Assembly (NCBI GenBank): GCA_026396515.1
Contig: JAPLWQ010000002.1
Span: 125,575 to 189,574, forward strand
Direction: 5' to 3'
Length of the DNA: 64,000 nt
From: Candidatus Magasanikiibacteriota bacterium
GTDB lineage: Bacteria > Patescibacteriota > Patescibacteriia > Magasanikbacterales > GWA2-37-8
Shown: piece after piece, positions 40,649-51,494 of the stretch
How the letters are laid out: each line of letters begins with the position of its first letter
How positions within the stretch are numbered: the first letter of the stretch is position 1
Position numbers and translations under genes: made by a program
Notes under the pieces: generated by a model
Database searches by the model: none
Seen by the model: the letters and a program-made list of their open reading frames with translations, nothing else
Told to the model about the DNA's origin: nothing

Positions 40649-41397
40649 TTAAATGCTTATATTGATATTCACTATATGCCCCTTAAACACATCCACCTGA
40701 TAATAGATTTTATTTTTTTCTTCCGGGAAATATAGCCGATAGGCACTGCTTGCATTCACTACCTGCATCGTAAACATGCCGTTTTCGTCCGTTTTTGCGT
40801 TTAAACTTGATTGAGCGGCGGCAATCACTATATTTGGAACCGGTTGCCCCTTGCGGGTTACTTTTCCCGTAATTTGCGCTCCGCCGTCGCTTGTCGGAGA
40901 ATATGTTCCATAAATATAATTAACTTTGTCGCCTGCGTTTATTGTATCCGGTTGAAGTAAAATCTCCGCTTCTTTCTGGCCTTCACTCAATGAAACATTG
41001 CCAGAGCCGGCATAACCGTTAATTTTGGGAACATAAAATTCGCGATAATTTGGCGGTACTTGCGCGACACCATTCTGATCGGCGTAGAACATCGCACTGG
41101 AATACGGAATTACAATCGGCGCGCCAGGAACTGGTTTTTTGTCACGCTATTTATTATCGTTACTTTTGTTTGTGATACTTTCGGCTGCTCAACCTCTGTC
41201 GTATTTGTTTTCTCACTCGTTGTGACATTTGTAGCGTTAGAAGGTGACGCTACATTTATATCAGGGTTATTTACCCCTATTACATTACCCGACGCATCTC
41301 TTTGCACCATTACCAAATCTTCCGCTGACTGATTGTTTTCACAACCGGCCAAAAATACCGAACCGGAAACCACAAAAATTAAAATTAAATATTTCAT
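40649..41397 (-). pseudogene. Lipoprotein with carboxypeptidase-regulatory-like domains split by a -1 frameshift
   Basis: Lipobox FLAGC in 41110-41397; one extra A in the A6 run (41135-41140) gives TKKPVPGAPIVIPYSSAMFY, in frame with 40649-41092. Confidence 0.65.
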
Positions 41398-41408
41398 AAA
41401 TATATTAT

Positions 41409-41951
41409 TTAGGTACATGTTGCCCAATAAAACGGACTCTTGATAACACCATTATCAAATATCCAGTTGCTATATGGGTCATTGTATTCACTGCACTGTG
41501 CCACGATATTAACTGTCGTCGGGCATTTATAAGAATCAACGTAGCCTTCATTTACATTCATTTTACAGTTCGCCAATTCTCTTGGTTCATTTCTTGACGC
41601 ACCGGATACTTGAACTGAAACTTTTGACATATCAGGCATAACAACCATACACTGACCTAGGCAATCTTCTTTTGTACGGCATGTTTTACCGGCATCCGAC
41701 AATTTATGTAGGCAGGTATTGCCACACGATGTTCGTTGCATTTTTCCTCCGGATATGGCACAACGTGCATCAATAGTTTTTCCAACAATAAGCACGCCCA
41801 AAGCGATAGGCGCCTGCATCATAAATTTTACAGGGCCCATTTGCCCTCTCACATTCTTATCTACTAACGGATAAACAACCAACATGCTGCCAACATCAAT
41901 TATTACCAAGACCGCCAATATAATTAACGTGATTTTAAAACCTTTACTCAT
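41409..41951 (-). CDS. Cys-rich membrane-anchored protein, paralog 1
   Basis: MSKGFK-TM; C..GGK...CG..C.HKL.DAGK.C....C.G.C. Confidence 0.7.
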   Translation of the reverse strand: MSKGFKITLIILAVLVIIDVGSMLVVYPLVDKNVRGQMGPVKFMMQAPIALGVLIVGKTIDARCAISGGKMQRTSCGNTCLHKLSDAGKTCRTKEDCLGQCMVVMPDMSKVSVQVSGASRNEPRELANCKMNVNEGYVDSYKCPTTVNIVAQCSEYNDPYSNWIFDNGVIKSPFYWATCT

Positions 41952-41964
41952 ATAAAAATAATCA

Positions 41965-42429
41965 CTAAATTGCCCACGTATATGGGCTAATAATTAAACC
42001 ATTATCATATGTCCAGGGCGAAACTTGCTCAAAATATTTACTGCATTCTGCAACAATTTTTACGCTTGGCGGGCATTGATATGAATTAATTAAACCGCCA
42101 GATGACCCCATTTTACAATTTACCAACTCTTTAGGCTCATATCTTTTTTTGTCGCTTGTTAGACTTGTAACCTTGGACATATCCGGCTCAATAACCTGAC
42201 AAAATCCCTTACAGTCTTTATTGTTTTGGCACGGTTTACCCGCATCGCCTAATTTATGAAGGCACGTCTTCACACAAGCAATTCCACATTGCTCAACATA
42301 TTTTCCGCCAGTCACCCAGCATGTTGCGCCGCGCAACGGCTTCAAATTCCAGGGTTTATAAAACCACAAACCTGCGCCGACAGCTAAAATAATGATAATT
42401 AATAGCGACACTTTAAAACCTTTGCTCAT
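41965..42429 (-). CDS. Cys-rich membrane-anchored protein, paralog 2
   Basis: Same Cys scaffold; PDMSKV and EP.EL.NCKM shared with paralog 1. Confidence 0.7.
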   Translation of the reverse strand: MSKGFKVSLLIIIILAVGAGLWFYKPWNLKPLRGATCWVTGGKYVEQCGIACVKTCLHKLGDAGKPCQNNKDCKGFCQVIEPDMSKVTSLTSDKKRYEPKELVNCKMGSSGGLINSYQCPPSVKIVAECSKYFEQVSPWTYDNGLIISPYTWAI

Positions 42430-42452
42430 AAAATATCAAAAAAATTAATAAT

Positions 42453-43022
42453 TTACATTCCCATATACTCCCGGTTTAAATTTACCGTTCCGTTTTCATA
42501 ACTCCAATATAATTCATTTCCGCTATAATCGTATTTTTGACAAGTTGATTGAATTTGTACCGTCGAAGGGCACACATATGACCTTAGAACAGGGTTAATG
42601 CCCAATTCATCTTTGGTTAAGGTAATTTTTCGACAATTAATTAAAACAGTCGGCTCAAGATCGGAAATTTCTCCGGTTATTTTATCTCGCGCAGGAACTG
42701 GCAAATTCGCAATGCATTTGCCATCACACTCTTTTGAACTTGCGCATGCTTTCCCGGCGTTCTTGTTTGCCCGATCACATATGCTACCACAGCTTATTCC
42801 GCAATTACTGACGACCTTACCCCCGGTCACCACGCAGAATACATTCGATATTTTCTTAATTCCTTCGATAACGAGTATAATTGGAGCCTTAATTATAGCT
42901 TCTCCCATATTCTTAACACTGCCCTCGTTCTTAATTTCCTTTACAGCTAATGCTAAACCGATAACAACTAATAAGGACACAGCCACCAAAATAATTAATA
43001 TCTTTTTAAAAGACGAACTCAT
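42453..43022 (-). CDS. Cys-rich membrane-anchored protein, paralog 3
   Basis: Same Cys scaffold; SY.CP..V.I...C..Y...W.Y.NG. Confidence 0.7.
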   Translation of the reverse strand: MSSSFKKILIILVAVSLLVVIGLALAVKEIKNEGSVKNMGEAIIKAPIILVIEGIKKISNVFCVVTGGKVVSNCGISCGSICDRANKNAGKACASSKECDGKCIANLPVPARDKITGEISDLEPTVLINCRKITLTKDELGINPVLRSYVCPSTVQIQSTCQKYDYSGNELYWSYENGTVNLNREYMGM

Positions 43023-43024
43023 AT

Positions 43025-43777
43025 TTAAAATTTATTAATATTATGCGCTTTTTCCAAATGCTCTTTGGTGTTAACGCCGACCGCTTCGAGCGGATCAATA
43101 TTTACTGACGACAGCGGAACGCCGGTGTCAAAAGCGATTTTTACCAGGTCGGTCAAATACAACTCGCCCGCAGCATTATTATTTTTTAAATTCTTCAGGT
43201 TTTTCCAGAGCCATTCGGCATTAAAACAAAAAAAGGCCGAATTCAGTTCCATAACATTCAATTCCGCCGGACTGGCATCCTTTTTCTCAACTATCCTAAT
43301 AATATCCCCGTTTTCATCCCGGATAATCCGGCCGAAATCATAAAACTGCGCCCGCCAATCGCGAAAATCCGGCACCGTAACCGTCGCCAGCGTTAACATA
43401 TTGCTTCGCGACATATGGTCATCGATCAAATTATTAAGTGAAGCGGCTTTGATAAACGGCATGTCGCCATAAAGCACAATAACGCATTCGACCTTCCCAT
43501 TGAGCGCGCCCTCTGCCATTTGAACCGCGTGCCCCGTGCCGAGGCGCTCCGTTTGGACAGCATAGTCTGCCCGGCCGCTCAAATAATCGCGCACCAGATT
43601 ACTGTCATCTGCAACTACCACAACGGGTTTAATTTTTAGTTCTTCAGCCACGTTGACTACATAATCAATAAGTGGCCGCCCGCGCAAAGGGTGCATCACT
43701 TTCGGTAATTCGCTCTGCATCCTTTTTCCTTTTCCCGCAGCAAGGACAACAATGCCAATTTTATTTATATCAACCAT
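43025..43777 (-). CDS. GlmU-like uridyltransferase domain only
   Basis: LAAGKGKRM..LPKV, Q.ERLGTGHAV, YGD, GRI, IVEKKDA, NAAGELYLTD, GVN; no hexapeptide acetyltransferase domain. Confidence 0.85.
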   Translation of the reverse strand: MVDINKIGIVVLAAGKGKRMQSELPKVMHPLRGRPLIDYVVNVAEELKIKPVVVVADDSNLVRDYLSGRADYAVQTERLGTGHAVQMAEGALNGKVECVIVLYGDMPFIKAASLNNLIDDHMSRSNMLTLATVTVPDFRDWRAQFYDFGRIIRDENGDIIRIVEKKDASPAELNVMELNSAFFCFNAEWLWKNLKNLKNNNAAGELYLTDLVKIAFDTGVPLSSVNIDPLEAVGVNTKEHLEKAHNINKF

Positions 43778-43779
43778 AA

Positions 43780-44418
43780 TTATTTTGACTGCAAATAATT
43801 CTTTATATCGTTTAAGGATTTGAACCACGGAATTTTACTTCTTTCACAATCCTCTTCGTTCCAATATGAATAATTATACAAGGTCAGAACATCTACTCCG
43901 GCAAAGTGATTTTTTATCACCATGTTCTCCTCCAAATTATCATTTATAAATAGTATTTTTTCATTTTTTACGATTGATGCTATGACTTGATCCTTCCCTC
44001 CGGCAATTTGGACAACTTCATCAAACATTTTGTCCGCGCCGATAGCTTCAACTTTCCTTTTTTGAAATTCTATAGTTCCGGCAGTAAGTAAAATTACTTT
44101 GGCACAAATTGTTTTTAAGTACCTGATAAAACCACCCGCATCCGATAATAAATAATCATTATTTAGAAGATTATTCAAATCATTCAAAATATTTTCAGAA
44201 ACTTCATAGCCAAATTCTCTCACCGCTTCAATTTGTTTCTCAAAAGTGTAGTGAAAATATCCCGGTGTCGGCAACTCTGCCGCACGACGATATGCTTTAA
44301 TAAATTGTTCGTGATTAATGCCGAATGGCTGAAACAATTTATATATATCTTCTTTCAATTTTCTGGTGTCATAGATAGTATCGTCCAAATCAACGAAACA
44401 GACATCATATTTGATCAT
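43780..44418 (-). CDS. HAD-family hydrolase
   Basis: DLDDTIYD, LLTAG, FINDN. Confidence 0.8.
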   Translation of the reverse strand: MIKYDVCFVDLDDTIYDTRKLKEDIYKLFQPFGINHEQFIKAYRRAAELPTPGYFHYTFEKQIEAVREFGYEVSENILNDLNNLLNNDYLLSDAGGFIRYLKTICAKVILLTAGTIEFQKRKVEAIGADKMFDEVVQIAGGKDQVIASIVKNEKILFINDNLEENMVIKNHFAGVDVLTLYNYSYWNEEDCERSKIPWFKSLNDIKNYLQSK

Positions 44419-44509
44419 AAAGCCACTTTTTGATAAAGAATATTAGCTAAAATTAGCCATTAATTAACCGTTTTCGCAACTGTGGACAAGGTGTGCACAA
44501 AACCCAATA

Positions 44510-45322
44510 TTATGCGACAACATCGCAGATTTCCCTGAATCTTTCACTGGCAATTGTATCCAAAAAACGCAATCTGTCAGCATCGTTATCATAATTAGCC
44601 ACTTCCTGCCAAATTGCTCTTCCCGCCAAGAATCCAACTGCGCCATTGGCATATGCAATTTTTAATTGTTCAAGAAAAACCTCATATGGTTCACCTCTGG
44701 TTAGTAAAATCCATGGCGTTCCATTTAGCATCGCCGTAATTTTTTTGCACGACTCTTCATCACCGGGATATTCCAATTTAAATACATCGGGAATAATATT
44801 TGCTTTTATAAACGCATCAACAGAGCGCAAAACCCACTCAGACCTGTCTTTGGCCAGCGCTTCATTGCCATAGGTAACAATTTCTAAAAATAATGGCAAA
44901 TTTGAAACACGGCAATCGTTCAAAACTTTTTTTGCCGTCTCCAGCTGTGCGGAGCAACTCAATGCTTCGGGGTTAAAATAAAGTAAAATCTTTATACCGC
45001 CGGCTCCCATTTCTTTTAGTTGCTGAACCGAATATTCAAGCTGGGTCGTCCTCTCACCTTTATCTTCCGAGTACCCGGTTTTTTCGATACAGAGCAAATA
45101 TGGCTTATCCGGATTTTCAAACGACTTTAAACCCCAATCTGGATCAATAAGAACGCCTGAAAAATTTTCTCGGGTCGCGTTGATGATCATTTTTTTTACC
45201 TGAATTAGCTGTTCATCCGTAACCGAATCCGGATTAGCCTTATTAACGAATTTTTTAAAACTGCCCCGATGATCAAGGGCAAGCATCAGATACTTTCCAT
45301 TTTTTTGAAATTGCTCAAGCAT
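44510..45322 (-). CDS. Class I aldolase, LacD/tagatose-bisphosphate aldolase-like
   Basis: MLALDHRGS, GVLIDP, EKTGY, KILLY, DVFKLEYP, GFLAGRAIW. Confidence 0.85.
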   Translation of the reverse strand: MLEQFQKNGKYLMLALDHRGSFKKFVNKANPDSVTDEQLIQVKKMIINATRENFSGVLIDPDWGLKSFENPDKPYLLCIEKTGYSEDKGERTTQLEYSVQQLKEMGAGGIKILLYFNPEALSCSAQLETAKKVLNDCRVSNLPLFLEIVTYGNEALAKDRSEWVLRSVDAFIKANIIPDVFKLEYPGDEESCKKITAMLNGTPWILLTRGEPYEVFLEQLKIAYANGAVGFLAGRAIWQEVANYDNDADRLRFLDTIASERFREICDVVA

Positions 45323-45335
45323 ATGTAATAGATGA

Positions 45336-45995
45336 TTACTTATCGCCGTTCCATTCGGCGATAAATTCTTCAATAAATTGTTCAACAAATTTTATGCGGT
45401 GTTCAGCTATTTTTTTAGCTGCTTCCGTATTCAGCATCCGGGGTAATTTCAGTACTTTTTCATAAAAATGATTAATGCTGGTGCCGTCCTGTTTTCTAAA
45501 CTGGTAATCCGCCCTGTTTAGATGTCCCCTAGGCTTTTTTTGAGGATCATGCAATATGCGTTTTAAATTACCGCCGGTGGCAAATGTCCGCGCGACACCA
45601 ATCGCTCCAATACTATCCAGCCAATCGGCGTCTTGAAGTATTTGCCCTTCTTTTGACCTTGGCCTCGTGGTTTCATCACCCAGAAATTGTGACTCATCGA
45701 TAACTTTAACCAACTCTTCTTTTAAATCATCTTCAATCCCCAGCACGTCCATCATACCGCGAAGTATAAAAGAACCCTTTATTTCATTGAACTCATACTG
45801 TTTATAATCTCCGAGGTCGTGGAGGAGCGCTGCGAGTTCAATTAATCTCAAATCGCCCCCTTCTTTCTCTTGTATATTTTTCGCCGTCTGCCAAACCCGC
45901 TGAATATGATACCAATCGTGGCCGGTGTGTTCCCCGGTCATTTTCGCCTTTACATAGGCGGCCGCTTTATCAATTAAACCCTGATCAATCTGCAT
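45336..45995 (-). CDS. HD-domain phosphohydrolase (YedJ-like)
   Basis: GHDWYH..RV, AALLHD, QDADWLDSIGAIG, HFYEK. Confidence 0.88.
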   Translation of the reverse strand: MQIDQGLIDKAAAYVKAKMTGEHTGHDWYHIQRVWQTAKNIQEKEGGDLRLIELAALLHDLGDYKQYEFNEIKGSFILRGMMDVLGIEDDLKEELVKVIDESQFLGDETTRPRSKEGQILQDADWLDSIGAIGVARTFATGGNLKRILHDPQKKPRGHLNRADYQFRKQDGTSINHFYEKVLKLPRMLNTEAAKKIAEHRIKFVEQFIEEFIAEWNGDK

Positions 45996-46117
45996 ATATT
46001 TAAGGGCTAAACTATATGTTCATCTTATCATTTTCTTGCTAAAAAATGAAGTGTCTTCTCCCGATACAAAACACCGTGATATTTAGATATTTGGGTACAA
46101 AAAAACTGAGTACAAGG

Positions 46118-46226
46118 TTCAGGCGCCGGCCTACTTTTGCGGGTTACGCTATCATCGGCGCTGGCAGGCTTAACTGCCGAGTTCGGGATGGGATCGGGTG
46201 TGACTCTGCCGCTCAAGGCACCTGAA
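46118..46226 (-). rRNA. rrf: 5S rRNA (short helix IV)
   Basis: CACCCGATCCCATCCCGAACTCGGCAGTTAAG, GCCGATGATAG and AGTAGG motifs; terminal helix TTCAGGTGCC/GGCGCCTGAA. Confidence 0.95.
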
Positions 46227-46324
46227 CTTTGTACTCAGTTTATATCCCGATTTATTCGTCGGGATTTTAATAGCTCAATTTCAAAAACAGAATCTGCGGG
46301 AAAACACTTCTTGGTGCTTCCGAT

Positions 46325-49295
<2,971 letters not shown>

Positions 49296-49389
49296 ACAAC
49301 GAAAACACCAAACAGTGTTTTGTTGCGTTCTACCCAGCAGTTCATCCCACCGTAGCGGGATAAAATCTGCTTTTTTTGTTGAGCTATCT

Positions 49390-49689
49390 AGATTGTCAAC
49401 GTGCCATCCGTTTCCTACCTCATTGCTCATGCCAATAATTTAGCCTGAGTGTGAGATAAAAAAATGAGCCGCGACAAGCGACTCAATTTTTGTGAGTTTG
49501 AACCGCTTGGATACTATGAGTAAGATTTGAGTTGTTTGATAATGTTTAACATTACCTGTCTTTTACAATTGAGTAAAAGTCTTACCCAGAGGTCCAGGCG
49601 GATACGATATGTATCCATGTGATTGGACGTGGTCCCCGAAGGGGTTTTAATCGTAGGCACATATTAACAGAGTATAAAAAAGTTGTCAA
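49390..49689 (-). promoter_or_regulatory. 23S-5S promoter and structured leader with uORF and terminator/antiterminator
   Basis: TTGACA (49684-49689)-17-TAATAT (49661-49666); uORF ending at 49514; terminator 49458-49485; boxA-like GCACGTTGACAA 49393-49404. Confidence 0.6.
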
Positions 49690-49816
49690 GAGCCATAAAT
49701 GGGACAGAATGTGGATAAATATATTGGCTTTTTTTAACTAGAAATGGCCCTAAAAAAGAAAAACCGGCTGGCGCTAGAAGCGGACAGCCGGTTGAATGAA
49801 GGAACGAAAAATCTCT

Positions 49817-50311
49817 CTACTGAATAAGCACATTCATGTCGTCGCAAAAGTTGAAGGAACCGAAGGTGTCACCCAGCAAATCGGAGCAGGTGTACTGGAG
49901 CAGGTCGCCCTCGCCCAAGTAGACGCTGATCACGAGCTGGTCGCCCTTGCCGAAGGTTGCGATCTCATTGTCGTCGCCGTCCGGCCAGAGACAGTTCTCA
50001 ACCACTAACCCTCCGGTGGTGTCGTTGTCCACGGAAACGATCACCGTGGCATCGTTACCGTTTTCGAACTGGACTTCGATACCCTCACCGTGTTCGAAAA
50101 CAAACCGGACAAGCACCGAGCAGACCTCCACCTCGGCGTACTCGCGGTCAGAACCGCTCGTGTCTGCATCGGCTTCGTCGCCCTGCGTGGTGTTAATCAC
50201 CGTTGTCTCCGGCTCCGGGACGATATCCTGCACGCCGCATGACACGGCACAGACGATCCCGAGGAACATCCAGGCGCGAAAAACGTACTGCATGAGGTCG
50301 TAAATTCGCAC
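49817..50311 (-). CDS. GC-rich acidic lipoprotein, hypothetical
   Basis: SD GAGAGGAG before GTG 50311; lipobox AVSC; promoter TTGACA (50398-50403)-17-TACTAT; own terminator at about 49755-49795. Confidence 0.6.
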   Translation of the reverse strand: MRIYDLMQYVFRAWMFLGIVCAVSCGVQDIVPEPETTVINTTQGDEADADTSGSDREYAEVEVCSVLVRFVFEHGEGIEVQFENGNDATVIVSVDNDTTGGLVVENCLWPDGDDNEIATFGKGDQLVISVYLGEGDLLQYTCSDLLGDTFGSFNFCDDMNVLIQ

Positions 50312-50464
50312 GATTTTTCTCCTCTCTTTTTTACGGCCATTTGGCCGTTTCGTTGATAGTAAAAGGAACAAAGAATAGTATCACGAATTATCGGAATTGT
50401 CAACCACTATGAAAAGAACAAGCCCGGCATGAGTAGCCGGGCTTGGGAAATGAACGAGAATGAA

Positions 50465-51034
50465 TCAAACGTGCGGGAAGAAAGACTGTCCGATGCAGTC
50501 CGGTTCGCCGTTGTTTTTCAAACAGCAGGCGGGTGTGAACGGATAATGTGTCGGACAGGCCGGCGGCGGGTAGTTTGAGCCGCAAGCGGGTAGGGTATCA
50601 GCCCAATTCCACTCCACCGGAGACCAGTAATCACAGCCGCCGAGATCAAACGAATCGCAACTCAACTCTTCGGACGGACCGTCATCCCAGCAGTACCAGA
50701 ACTGATCGGATCCGGGATAGGTCGGCGGATAGCAGGTATGCGTCTCATAGCCGCAAACCTCTTCCTCGCCGCACTCATCGGCCGTCTCGCAGACTGTAGG
50801 CTCGGTATCGGTGTCTGTGTCGGTGTCGGAACCAGCATCGGCGTCCGTATCCGAATCAGAGTCCGTATCCGTGTCGGAGTCAGTGTCGATATCGGAGTCC
50901 GTATCGGAATCAATGTCGGAATCGGTGTCCGAGTCCGAATCGCCGTCACTGCTTGCGTCTGCTACTGTGTACTCTTGTTGGACCCCACAACCAAGAACCA
51001 GAACTGAACATACGAGGACAAATGTGTTACGCAT
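50465..51034 (-). CDS. GC-rich lipoprotein with (D-S/T) repeat linker and Cys-rich domain
   Basis: Lipobox VLGC; DSDSDTDSDIDSDTD...; Cys-rich C-terminus; promoter TTGACG (51120-51125)-17-TATAGT; terminator 50420-50446. Confidence 0.7.
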   Translation of the reverse strand: MRNTFVLVCSVLVLGCGVQQEYTVADASSDGDSDSDTDSDIDSDTDSDIDTDSDTDTDSDSDTDADAGSDTDTDTDTEPTVCETADECGEEEVCGYETHTCYPPTYPGSDQFWYCWDDGPSEELSCDSFDLGGCDYWSPVEWNWADTLPACGSNYPPPACPTHYPFTPACCLKNNGEPDCIGQSFFPHV

Positions 51035-51173
51035 CGCTTTCCCCTTTGTAAAAGGCCGTTGTTTTAGCCATTTGTTTCTTCTTCTGCGAACTTGAAACTA
51101 TACTACAAATTAACGTAAACGTCAATCACTCGTGACTAATTCAACAAAAAATCGCCACAGGTAGCCTAGCGTG

Positions 51174-51257
51174 TGCCGGAGAGAGGACTCGAACCTCCAA
51201 TCCCTTTCGGGAACATGCTCCTAAGGCATGCGTGTCTACCAATTTCACCACCCCGGC
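51174..51257 (-). tRNA. tRNA-Leu(TAG)
   Basis: GCCGGGG...CTCCGGC-A; anticodon arm CATGC-CTTAGGA-GCATG; long variable arm. Confidence 0.94.
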
Positions 51258-51326
51258 GTACAGCACAATATAGCATAAAAATCAGCATATTACAAGATTG
51301 AAACACAAATGAACGGGACCGAGCGA

Positions 51327-51436
51327 ATTGAATTTTTGTTGAGGACAATCGCGGAATCCCGATGACAAAATCGGGATGAGCGTTAGGGCACCGAGTCCGC
51401 AGACGAGGCGACCCGTGTCCGAAACAAATATTCAAT
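51327..51436. repeat. REP/MITE-like palindromic element
   Basis: Terminal inverted repeats ATTGAATTTTTGTT/AACAAATATTCAAT and GGACA/TGTCC; inner ATCCCGAT/ATCGGGAT hairpin. Confidence 0.45.
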
Positions 51437-51494
51437 AAGCAAATCACATAAACAATACAGCGAGCCAAGTGGCCCGCTGTACTAAATGATATTT

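Noticed and set aside
50810-50950. Possible DNA repeat array
   Set aside because: Degenerate codons of a D-S/T low-complexity protein linker.
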